Below the pieces are notes generated by a model. That model was not told the DNA's origin and did no database searches. It saw only the letters and a list, made by a program, of their open reading frames with translations. From Catajapyx aquilonaris (lineage: Eukaryota), in contig JYFJ02001986.1 in assembly GCA_000934665.2 (NCBI GenBank), positions 1 to 64,000 on the forward strand: a DNA stretch of 64,000 nt. Reading direction: 5' to 3'. Shown here in pieces: positions 1 through 11,815 of this stretch. The position numbers were made by a program, and so were the translations under genes. Each line of letters begins with the position of its first letter. The stretch's first letter is position 1.

Positions 1-1991
1 ATTACTTCCTCCTGTCACCTTTATTCAACGAATCCCCTATAATTCCCTACTGCCGCATTACGGATCACCTTTAAAACAACTCTAAAGGGGATATTAAGGG
101 TGACCGGACTAAGAGTGTATGTCAAAGTTTCACTTTGCAAGGATGAAGAACAGTAGCCAAATTATTACGAAGAGAATATTATTGAACTATTGGGGAAAAA
201 TGGTAACATGGAAGAGGACATTCTTTATAAAGCTATTCTTCTTCTGTACTGCTCCTTAGGAATTATAACCTTTAGGATCCGCTTTGGTCACGTGAAGGTG
301 CCGCAGTAGCAGGTAGTTTATAGGCGTGAGAGAATGCGCTGTGTTTTGTAAGGGTCCATACCGGTCCATACTGATGACTCACGTGATGCATCATTTTTCT
401 CGTCAAGATTAGACAAGTCATTTGGTACCAAGTTTGGTCAAGTGCTCATGCGCGAAACGGCTCCAGATGGGCCTCAAAGTGCGTACGTTTGCACTTTTGT
501 TGGAGGACATTCCGAATATTGTAGGGGTGGTCTATCAGATCAGTCCATCAATCTTCCACCACACAGATACTGTATATGTGATATGCCTTTCTATGTAATT
601 TAATTATCTTTAGCAGAACTAACTCTAGCCGCTCCCTACAGGGAAAAATGGGGCATTGGTAAGCTATGAAGATTTTTAAAATATTCAATTCTATTTTACA
701 AAATGATTCCATGCCTTTCGAGATGCACTTATATGCCGATTTGTAGACCATTTGCATGTTTCCAATATGCAATAGTCACGTTACTGTCCCCACTAACCAG
801 CTTTACAAAAAAATTGAAAACGAAATTTTCCTAATGGACACATGCGAATGTTACGCCAAAATTTTCAATGTTTTCCATTGAGACAGGGAAACCATTCTTT
901 CACAATAATTATCTAGACCGGCTGTAGATTTATAGTCACGTCAGTATAGGTTTTGCTTTCCCCACCAAGTCTGATCTATATTAAGATTTAGCATGGGAAC
1001 CGTATGGACCCTTTCCAAATTTTCATAAGGTATGTTTCCAAAAGAATACGTTACATATTTTGTTACATGAAACATTATCTGTAGTGCAATGCTGTGTCGT
1101 TTGAAACCTGCCTTTTTCAGGACGAGGTCAAGGAGTGTTGTCGGACATTTCCTCGTATGTAACTCATTTCCACTATGCATCAGATTGTGACTTGTGGTCC
1201 AAAGAAGAGACATGCAGTTGAGTCTTTGCAATGCTTTCCACCGGCCGTACGTTACCGATATCGCTTCCCGAGTCGTAAAGAAGAAGTTATTGTCTTCCCA
1301 TACTCACTCAAGGATTCCTTTCGCGATATAAAATCTGGTGGTTGCTATCTCGCTGAAAGAAGAATGTCCTATAAGTCGAGGAGTCGAGCGAGGTCGTTCT
1401 TGGGCGAGATGCAGGCTCCTACTTTCGTGTCCTATAAGCAGGACCCATCAACTTCCTCCAGAGAAGCCCACTAGATTACATTCGTTTTATCGCTATTTCT
1501 CCTTCCAAATTCTCTTTTCCCGGCCCCCAGATTTATGGTCCCGCTTGAAGATGATTCATGCTGTCAGACCTTCGTAAAAATCGGAGCATATATTGTACAG
1601 CGTGTGAATGCGACACCCCTTTTAGCGTCCCCCTACCACCCCTATGATGACGTTGGAAATCGGCACCCGTTTTACCGGGGGTCAAACAAACCGACCGTAA
1701 AATCCGATTCGACTGTATGATGACGTGTCATCGTGAAATGTCAGCCAGAACGTAAACAACATTTAAATCAGATGGCTCGGTCAATCGTGAATGTGAATAA
1801 CAGAATGCACGGGGTCCAGCGGAATATTGCGCTTCCAGAATTGGCATTTGTTGTTAATGCAGCTGTTGACATACGGATTCTATTTAGCAGACGGTATTAC
1901 GTCACATGTCAAGGCACACTGTTGGATCAATCAGATCAAGTGCTTTGTGTCCTGACGATAAACAGCCATCAGATGACCTCCTAGATTTTAA

Positions 1992-2731
1992 AGTTGCAGG
2001 CTGTTCACCCCATTTTAGAGACAACATGATTCTGTAAAACTCCAGCCAAATGCAAATTCTGTGCAAGTTCCACAGTAAGGTCACGTTTCGTCCCTTTCGG
2101 TTCTCGCTAACCATCGATGCATTGACGACCAGACTCGCACGTAGCAATAATGTGAGTCATGGGGAAATGCAGCACTACTATTTATCTTGCACATTTTTTT
2201 ATTCACAGCGAGAGCGAGAAAGAGACCAAAGCTACTCACAAATGCAACGCAGTCTATTTCATTGCGAGGGACGGAACCCACCAAAAAAAATTGGAAGCCA
2301 AAGCTGTAATCAACGTACCGGTAGCCTGCATGTGGAAAGGATCGGTCACACGGATTTGCATATAGATTAGCTGGCACCTAATCTGTCAAATGACATTAAA
2401 ACAAAACGTGAAATGCATGGGGATATGTTTGCTAAAATCCTGTGAGGGTTCAATCAATCAAATTATAGGATGAGCCTAAGCAAAGTTAAGGATTTCTCAT
2501 ACACGAGTTATTTTAACCGGATTTTAAAGTGAGACTAGCGTGACATACTGTCGATTCTATTTTTTCATTTTGAAATGTGATAAGTGGGTTTTTAAAAATA
2601 CATTTGGCTGCTAAGTAGCTGTAGGTGTGGTCATATTGGACTATTGGAGGCATAATATACTGTCACAAAAAATTTATTCAGAACGGAACAAATATTTAAT
2701 TATAAGTTAATTGACACTGAGAGCTTCAACT
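1992..2731. mobile_element. Degenerate TTAA-flanked non-autonomous DNA transposon (Kolobok-like ends)
   Basis: TTAA|AGTTGCAG... and ...CTTCAACT|TTAA. Collinear internal inverted matches: CAGCCAAATGCA (~2043) with TACATTTGGCTG (~2599), and ACAGTAAGGTCACG (~2072) with CGTGACATACTGT (~2539). Confidence 0.4.
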
Positions 2732-5310
2732 TTAAAAAAATGTCACCGATTATTAATTACTCTTAATTAATTAATGATAAGTTAACCATTGTCGAAACCC
2801 TGGATTTCAGATGCAAATTAATTCTCAGACACTGCTCGATTATGTAAACGTGTTGCGACGCTTTTTCCAAATCCGAGAGTTCTAATCAATGCGGAACAGT
2901 GAGAGGGATTATCGGGAATTAACAGAATGTGTAACGCACGTGCTCTGAATCGGGCTTTCAGTAACGTTACAGCCGCATCTAATAGCTTTAGGCCTTCACG
3001 AATAAAAAGTATCGGTTTGATGAAATTTAAAGATGGAACTTGCCGTTATGTCTGGTAGGGGCCATTTCCATTAATGTTTTGAGGTTAACGGCAAAATAAT
3101 CCTTAGGTAGGCCAAATTGAATTTTGATGATTATCTTTAAAAACCTTCCTTGTGAGGATGTGTAATACAGAAAATTATTTTATGCAAATTATATTTTTAG
3201 AATTATTGCTCGAGGGCGCATTGGGTAATACGGACATGGATTCAGTGCATAAGATGCGTCTCAGTATGAGAAAATGCTCAGTATTTATTTCCCCTTTGCC
3301 CCTTCGTGTCCTCCATATCTCCTTCCTGGCAGGCATCGCGGATACAGAAATTGCTTTTTGTCTCCATTTACTCTACGTAGTTATACCGTAAAAAACATCC
3401 GGAGACACCACCCATACATCGCCTTCCGCATGCTGCTTCCATAAAAAAAGACACGAGAACTGCTGCTTACTGCAAGGCACTTCTATTAGTCACCAAATAT
3501 TTCTTCCTCCCCCAAAAAACGAGTTTTTCCGCTTGGCCAGATACCCTACTTTGCATCACTTACCATTCTAAAAATTAATTCTCTTTTGGGTTAGCACCGC
3601 TCTATAATTATGCAGTCACTTTCTAGGAAACTATGGAATACTCGGACAAAGTACTGCAGCCGCAGGAGGGTAAAAAAATAGGAGGAAAAAAAGCATTTTA
3701 TTGCTACCAAGTCCGCATTTTGCAAAGTGGTTTGTTGGTCTGAAAGGACGTCTGGATAGAGGAGGAGGAGGAACAGGGAGGGGGTGCTCTGGACTGGAAT
3801 AAAAGAATGGTGCGTCCAGCCTCCGGCTAAAATAGGGCAATCTTCCTTCCTTTGATGTCTCAACTGCATCACAAATACTGGAAAATAGCATGGGCCGCCT
3901 TATTCCGGAAAAGCCCTGGGACTTGCACAGAAGGCTGTTTCTGTACTTACTGGAGTTTACTGCGCGGGCCACATATTTCTTGCAATAATTATTACACGTT
4001 TTATCCACTGAAAGCATTCAGAACCGTCAGGGGGCGTGCTGTGAATGGAGCCAACCCTCTGCTGAAGGACAGTATTTTTTTTAAAAAAATACTGTGCCTC
4101 AGTATTATTGTAGCATATAGCACATTCGCATATGAAATTGCAGGGTTATAATTTTTAATAGTTATTGGCGTTGTGAATATATGCATTGTTTGCAGGGGTG
4201 TACATCTTCAACCTTTCTTGTGTATTGTGCACTTCTTCCTAACATGATTGAATTAACCTTTCTAGACCTTCTCTAGCCTAGCAACCTCGTGTCTGTCATG
4301 ATCATCTGGCTCTCTCATGATTTATTAGGTGCCAGGGATGAAGCTCTCCTCAGATAACTTACTGGAAGCCTTCAAAGGTCGCGCTAATACCAATTACACC
4401 AGCACTTTTCAACCCACCTCCACTCACTCAGCTCGATTTCACGCCGAAATTGCCAACTTCACGCGTGTTGCCTTTTAATACATCTTGGTGAACTCCAGGC
4501 TGCGCAAAAAGGTCACTTTTAAGTCGAGATCAAAATTTTTGGAGTAAAAACCCCTGGCTGGAAATGCAGTGATGTTGGTTGTCGGTAGTGCAGCCACCTG
4601 CGATCAAATTATATTGACTTTGAGTTTCTGAAGCACTAACAAAAGCCTCGAGACGTTCCTTCTGAGAGTGAAAAACTGGTGGTAAAGAAAAGAGGTTCTT
4701 TCGGTTCGAATCAGAGGTCTTCTTTTACGCGCGGTCTAAACTGGATCGAGGACAGATTGGATAAAGTGTCTCAGGAGTCCTTTCATCTCGTCCCTAACAG
4801 CGATTGGACTTTTGAGGCAGCAAAACAACTCTTGTTTGCTGGCGGCGAGCAGTAGTGACCTCTGAAATGCAAGGGTTGAAGGAGTCAAGAGTAGTGACAA
4901 AAGTTCGCTTCCAAGCAATTGACCTTTTCTTAGCTAGAAGCTTTGTTTTCATTAATATTCCGCCTTTAAGAAAATTGTTCTGATTTTGCCAGACACGAAC
5001 GAACGCTTCATACCTGCTGGTGTACACCGTGTACTGTAAGCGCCACTTACAATATTGATTGTGCTTCAACATTACTAATATAAATACTTACAAAATTGAA
5101 GCTAGCAATGATTCCCTAATAGCATTACCCTGCAATACCTACCGTATTTACGCGCATATACTGTAAGACGCACCTTTTTTCCGATTTTTGTAGCTCAAAA
5201 AGTAGGGTGCGTCTTATACGCGTGTGCGTCTTATATGGCAGGGCACAACGGGTGAAACCCGTGAGAAATCGTCCACACACGTGCACAATTCCGGTGTGAC
5301 CTTGCCACCT

Positions 5311-6934
5311 ATGGGTAGGTAGATTCTGAGACGATGGAGCCGTCTAGCGGCCGGAAAGTGCAGTTTTTATATGAAAGAAGGGCGACTCGTGCTTGGCTCA
5401 CACAGTGGGGTCGGAAGTCACAATAATATTTCACTTCTGGCAGAGAAGATGCCATTTACTGTGCTGATACTAAATCCCTTCCTGAACGTTTATAGCCCCA
5501 GACCCCAAGTTATAAGGCTCTAATTAGCCCGTAATTAATTCATCAAAATGGTGGTATTCATGAAATATATATTGCGGAATTCCACTCTTATTTACAGCTA
5601 TTTATCATGTATGACATGTTATTTTCACACACGTTGTAGTGTAAAACTCCATCGAAAGATTAAATAATTTTCAAGGGCCATTTTATCATTATAACATTAA
5701 ATAAGGCCGCCAAAAGTCGGAAAATAAATTTTTCAGCTACATGGTCATGTTTGGTATGAAATCATGTGTATTTGAGGGTGCAGAATTCAGTGGTGGCACC
5801 GAAAATAGTACCAGACAATTCCAGAAGTAATACAGTGAAACCTGTCTATAACGGACCCTGTTTATAGCGGAAACCTGTCCATCACGGAAAATTTTTAGGG
5901 TCTCGATTCAGCTATACACAGGTTTCATTGTAATAAACTCTTTGAAAAGATGTACCTATGTTTTCATTTTACACAGACCGTCAGACACTAGAAGTGGAAT
6001 TACTTATACAGCTAATGTGCATTTTAGAAAGATAAGATGTGTTTATAGTTTAAAAAAATTAGTCCGAGCATCCCATCCGACCACTGGGTAATGCAATCAG
6101 AACCATTCGTAAACATCATTTCTTGAACATCGACCTTCACATGAGCGTAACAGGGTACATTGAAAAAAATAAGTTTTTCGCGAATTTACATAAAGAGCAC
6201 CGTTTCTTGCAGGGTCCACTTGCGATCAGCTCTTCCGAGGTTTTCGCGACATCTGCAATGGTTGACTCTGGTATACCACAGCCACAAATAGATTTTTTCT
6301 ATCCCCAAGTATCTGGTGGTGGCTGTGTAGCAGAATCGAGACCCTAAAAATTTTCCGTAAGGGACAAGTTTCCGCTATAAGCAGGGTCCGTTATAGACAG
6401 GTTTCACTGTATTACTTCTGGGATTGTCTGGTACTATTTTCGGTACCACCACTGAATTCTGGACCCTCAAAGACGTATGATTTCATACCAAACATGACCA
6501 TGTAGGCATGTAGCTGAAAAGTTTATTATCTGACTTTTGGCTACCTTATTTCATGTTATAATGATTAAATGGCCCTTTAAAATTATTTAATATTTCGATG
6601 GAGTTTTACACTCCAACTTGTGAGAAAATAACATGATATACATGATAAATAGCTATGAATAAGAGCGGTATTCCGAAATATATTATTCTTGATGACCACC
6701 ATTTTGATGAATTAATTACGAGCTAATTAGAGCCTAAAAACTTGGGGTCTGGGGCTATAAACGTTCAGGAAGGGATGTAGTATCAGCACCGTAAATGGTA
6801 TCTTCTCTGCCAGAAGCGAAATATTCTGCCACTATTTCGGACGTTCCGACCCCACTGGCCGCATACACAGTTTCATACAAGAACTTGTGCTTTAGACCGC
6901 CAATGGCGCCACCATCGAGAATCTCCCTACCCAT
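5311..6934. repeat. Long imperfect inverted repeat (foldback); arms ~5311-5920 and ~6324-6934
   Basis: The arms align as reverse complements over ~600 bp, e.g. ATCCCTTCCTGAACGTTTATAGCCCCAGACCCCAAGT versus ACTTGGGGTCTGGGGCTATAAACGTTCAGGAAGGGAT. Ends are ATGGGTAGG/CCTACCCAT, with ACCT on both outer flanks. Confidence 0.92.
5833..6409. mobile_element. pogo/Tigger-like MITE at the centre of the foldback
   Basis: TA|CAGTGAAACCTGTCTATAACGGACCCTG ... CAGGGTCCGTTATAGACAGGTTTCACTG|TA. A third TIR-like end, ACAGGTTTCATTG|TA, closes a 98-bp sub-element at 5930. Confidence 0.8.
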
Positions 6935-7449
6935 ACCTTTCAGATGCGTAGCATTGTCCCATTTTCCACTTGCCCCCCCCCCCCCNCCCCCCCCCCTTTT
7001 ACTGGATTCAAATGGATTCCACACGCACATGCATTGCACATGCATTGCACACGAGGTTGCTGCCGGCAGCTCGAGGCCAGTTCCCAAACTACGGCAATAC
7101 TGAAATCTGGGTGCGTCTTATATAAGTCAACAACCGATTTTCCACGATTTTTCGCCTCAAAACCGGGGTGCGTCTTATATGCGCGTAAATACGGTATTTG
7201 TAAATGAAGTGCAATTGCAGCTCTCTGTATCCAGAAGATTTCTCTATAATAACTTTTGATCAGACATAAGTGTTGCAGTTCTTAACAATATTCTCACAAT
7301 TCGGTAGCAAAAAGTGAGTTAATAAGTACTTGGAATACATAATTATTGCTGGATTCTTAAAAGAGTGACACATCTTTGTTATGCCGCAATGAACCCAGCA
7401 ACAATCGAGTTTTCAAAAGTTATGCCGGTCATGTGAAAGAATAACAAGA

Positions 7450-8200
7450 ATCCAGCTTTGCCTGCTGGCATGTTGCCAGTCGAAGCTCCTGAGTTTTACA
7501 CGTGATCCCAGGTATTTTGGGCTCCAACAAATGACCAGCGAGACCATCTCCAGCCCCGTCTGCCTAGATCCCCTTCTGTATGTAGACGATCAGATTTCCC
7601 TCGATTGATGCCTCCCTTGACGTGTGATCTGAAACCCAAAACGGTTATTAAACCCCAAGTCCAGAAGCCAACAGAGGAAAGGGGGCAAGTTGCATCTCGG
7701 CCAGGGTTGCCAAATCACCTGGTGACGCCACGCTTTGTGTCAGTTGCTCAACGTGGTCAAATCCACGCCAATGTCATGTAGTAGCCGGCCATTTTGAATG
7801 AATATGAATTTAAGCAGTGCAGTTTAGCTTGCGAGGTTATAAGCAATGTTTCCAAAAACGGGATTGGAAAGCAAGGGGTGTGGTATGCCTGAAGGTGGCA
7901 GCCATTTGGAAGCAGTTCCCTGCGAGAGAGCCCATGGAAGATTGAGAGCCGGTATAAGGTAGAGCAAAAGGATCTCCTGCGGGAGACCTCTTCGTGTTCT
8001 CTGGCTGCGTGCAGCATTCTCTCCGGTGCTGTCTTTGGCCCAGGCTCCTCTTTCTGAATTGTTGGCACGCCGAGCCCTGAATGGAGAATGAGCCCTTGCT
8101 TCCAGACACACTCGTCCATTAATGGCGAATCAGCGACATCGGGGCCGCAGTGGCGTGCGGTTGCTTGGATACCTGATCAGTTACTGCCAGCATGGTATTT
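7450..8200 (-). pseudogene. Degenerate non-LTR retrotransposon reverse transcriptase fragment
   Basis: Minus-strand motifs in the expected order across frameshifts: RRGLPQ/GDPFA (~7994-7965; RT motif GxPQGDPLS), HDIGVD (~7779-7761; resembles DIGMEFG of R4/Dong RTs) and KYLG (~7517-7506). No intact YxDD seen. Confidence 0.5.
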
Positions 8201-11200
8201 TATTAATGGCATGCATGCACAGATGACTCGGTAGCGTTTTCTGATGCCTATAATGTGCGGGCATGACGGACATTTGCTGTTGTGTGAGCTACAATGTTAG
8301 TGTCACTATTCCTTGAAAAATGTTTGTCAACACATTGTTTGCCTCAGGTAGTGACCACAACATGATCATGAACATGCAAGGTGTCAAGTTGATTTCGAGT
8401 CCAAATATTTTATGTCACGTGCAAAGCAATCATTTTTGTTGTAATAAAATTGCAAAAAAATGAAGCCTATTAGTAAAATTGTTCTTTCTACACAGATACT
8501 AAGAGTGGTCAAAACCAGCTTTATGGAAGTCACGATTTCAAAAATAGTTTTCAAATATCCGGAAAATATGTTCTTCATCGAAATAATAATAATAATCAAT
8601 CCATAAAACTAGGGTTTGACAAAATAATATGCAGGTACCTGTAAGTGGAGATTAATCACTATCAGTAAAGAGTGTGCTTCCCTGTGCGGTAAGTCTGTTG
8701 GATCAGTTGATTAAATGTGTCAGGGACGTACTGTACACAGAGCTCACTTTACTGACGTAAATAAATAATGCGTACTGTTTCCGGGAAGGTAGTTATACTG
8801 TGAGGCTCTCAGTCAGTAATTATAAGTTGCAGCATAGAATGCATCATGTAACTGCGTTAAATGACAAAATAACTGTTGGCGCAAATCATGGGGCACCTCA
8901 AAACAATCTAGTCCGCTGTCTTACACACCGACTATACTGTAAAACCATTCTAATTGAAGGTGAACCAGACGACGCTCACAACATGCAATAGTAACAGGCC
9001 TACTGTAAGCCTGTCAAATGACTGTAATTTTCTTCCGCTTTCGCAAGTTAGGCAGTAGAGCAAAACTACGCAACGAGACTTACCCCATAGACCACGAATC
9101 CTCAGCTTAAACTATCTTAACCTGTAACCCCCAAAACTTTATTATTATAATCGCCCAGAATTGCGGGTCGATAGAAGGATTTTGCATCTTACGTTTCTCA
9201 GCATCATTAAATTAAAATGAAACCAAAGTTGGGAAGCTCCACGTGCCACAAACTACCCAGCAGGCTGCATGAATATGGTATAACTGGCACAGTAATGATC
9301 TTTCTTGGCCAGAATAATTGGCAGAGGAGAAGTTGGAGGGTAAAAAAATATAATAGCACCAGGGGTGACGCTACTGTTGCCCTGGTCCTAATTGGTTTCG
9401 GGTTTCTAGTCAAAGAGACACTCGTGTGCACACAATCACAGCAAACCACTGGAGAGAAAAGGAACCAGAAACTAGGATCAATACAGGCTGGAAAATGATT
9501 AATCGTAGTCGGCGTCACTAAAAGATAAAACAAGCAAGTAGCACAGGCCCTTCTGTAGCAGCTCTCCCAGAATACACAGCCAGAACCATTTGGTATTGCA
9601 TACACTGGTGTTGCTCAGCTATTGGTCAATTATTATTTTGTTCTAGAGTATATTGTGTTTGTAATCACTCCGCTTTAGGGGTTCCAGTAATGAAAAATGT
9701 ATTGCATTATAAACGGTTCAGTGTTGTCATTATATTGAATTTTCCTAGAGCAGTTACTGGTATGAAAGAGTTGATCATAAAACCAGGGCCGGAAGCATAA
9801 AATTTTGAAATAGGCGCTTACTTTATTATTTTGTGCACAATGTCCGCAAAAGTCGGTCATTTGCAACGATCCCATGTTATGGTACATTTAGAAAATGAGC
9901 GTGAGTAATTCCTAAAGTTGGTCGCTACCGCTGTGTAGAAGCGGAATCAGCATAGGAGGAAACGTAGAGCGGCATTAAAACAATCCCCGGGATCGTACAT
10001 ACTGTATGCATGGTGGAATTAAAAGGGGTCATTTGGAGAGATGTCCGGAGAGGAATCCTGGATTTGTGAGGCAGGGGAACTGCTGAAAACGCCGGGCTTT
10101 CATAAATGATGGCAAAAGGGGAAATCGGTTGCACAAAAGCCTAGCTGCTGGTCCATTGCATCACTGCAGATCTGTATGTGTACTTGGACTTACGCTTCTA
10201 ATCCCACTCAGTTGAATATCGAGTTTACTGTTCAAACTGCCTGGATCCGTCCCCAAGTGAAATAACTGCCGCCGACGGAATGCTCTCAATGCAATTACCA
10301 ATACCATCCAATAGTTCGATTCAATATCTCATTCAGCTTTAAGCCAGCCTCTTTAATGCAGTTTACTATGTCCTGTGACTCTCAAAAGCATCATCAGATT
10401 TTTGCAATTGAAAAGAAACCAGTATATCGATGCCAGAGTCACATTTTCCGGGTCTATAGAAACATGAGGCTTTGAAAATAGTTAACCACTCACAAATTTG
10501 GGGATTAGTGTTATATCGATGAACCATCGTACTATAGGTCTTGCCATGTTCAAGTTGAACTTTTATCTCACAGTCAGAATGTTGGCCTACTCTACACTCT
10601 CATTCTGGTTACTCTATGTGGAAGTAACGTTTTTTCAATAATATTACTTCTACATGGGGATAACCACAATGACAGTATAGGTCCACACAATCATCTTACT
10701 CTAAGGTAACACTGATGGAACAGAAATATTACCTCAATATCAAAACTCGACAAATGCATCATTTCTAGGAAAAACATAACTTTGGAGGGTATGAATATAT
10801 TTTTTAGACAACTTAAGAGATTGCAGCTTCGTAAGAACCGTGGTAAGAACACACACACATATATAGAGTAACATCGAGCAGGAAATTACTTTGGGCCCCA
10901 TAAAAATCTTCGGTTACATGACGATTATTATCCCGTCCGACTGCCATAGAAATGCAGGAGTACCCAGGGTCTAACGCGATAAAGGCTTCATGAAACTGAC
11001 ATAGTAAATACCCCTGCTGGTGTCGTATGAAGTACTCTATTTACAAATGCAATCTTAAAGGGGGCAATAAATTCGGGTCAGAGGGACACTGGGAGGCAAT
11101 GCGCTTTAGAGGCACGATACCAACCAGGGTAATGTAATAGCCTCAGTGGAGGCAATAATTTTTTAACGACTGGTTTTCTAGTAGGGAGGAGGAAATTATA

Positions 11201-11609
11201 ACATGGCAGGAGCCACTTTTTGGGGGTATATGAGTCGAGCCAAGGATGTGGGGTAAGATGAGGCAGATGCAAACTTTTCATCGAACTATCGCGCTTTTCG
11301 TGACCCATGTAATCATTCAAGTATACCGTGCGGCATAATAATTGCCTAATAAGTTGCGATAACCCAAATCAACGTTCTCAGTAGCGGATTTACAAGTTTA
11401 GAATTCACGTAATTTGTTAAAAATTGGTAGCACTAATACGACCATAATATTTGAAAATAACAATCTACATTGGGATTGCTGAGCGTTTTTGTTCGTCTTT
11501 CCACTCAAAGAATTAGGGTTGATGTAAATGACACCATGGAAATTGTCCAGAGCCATGCACATGCCTTCCTCCTCTCAAGACAGTTGGATAAAAATAAACA
11601 AGTATTATA

Positions 11610-11815
11610 CAGAGTGTCCCAAAAGTTTGTCCTGATCTGTTTATCTGGAAATCCCAACAAGTTGAGTCAAGTTGGCACACTGTGTGAGGGACGTAAGGGC
11701 CTCCATGAGCAGCGCATGCAGTGTGAGTGACTCTTTTTCAAGATTGCCAACTTGATCAGAAGTATACGCCAGATTTTCATCGATACGGATTTGAGCTAAC
11801 TTCCGGGACACCCTA
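11610..11815. mobile_element. Tc1/mariner-type MITE (~206 bp)
   Basis: TA|CAGAGTGTCCCAAAAGTT ... AACTTCCGGGACACCCTA|TA imperfect TIRs, plus internal inverted pair TCAAGTTGGCA / TGCCAACTTGA. Confidence 0.7.

Larger units (their letters stand above)
5142..7194. mobile_element. Tc1/mariner superfamily (Tc2-like) non-autonomous element, outer shell of a nested cluster
   Basis: TA|CCGTATTTACGCGCATATA... and ...TATATGCGCGTAAATACGG|TA, with repeated subterminal GTGCGTCTTATA motifs at both ends. CCGTA termini with TA TSD are typical of Tc2-type elements. Confidence 0.85.

Noticed and set aside
1100..1990. Coding-like stretch with a possible mini-exon (ttttcag|GACGAG...CCTC|gtatgt) and minus-strand GGHLMAVY / FYGRF motifs
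   Set aside because: Multiple stops in all frames, and the motifs are too short to assign to a protease or polymerase.
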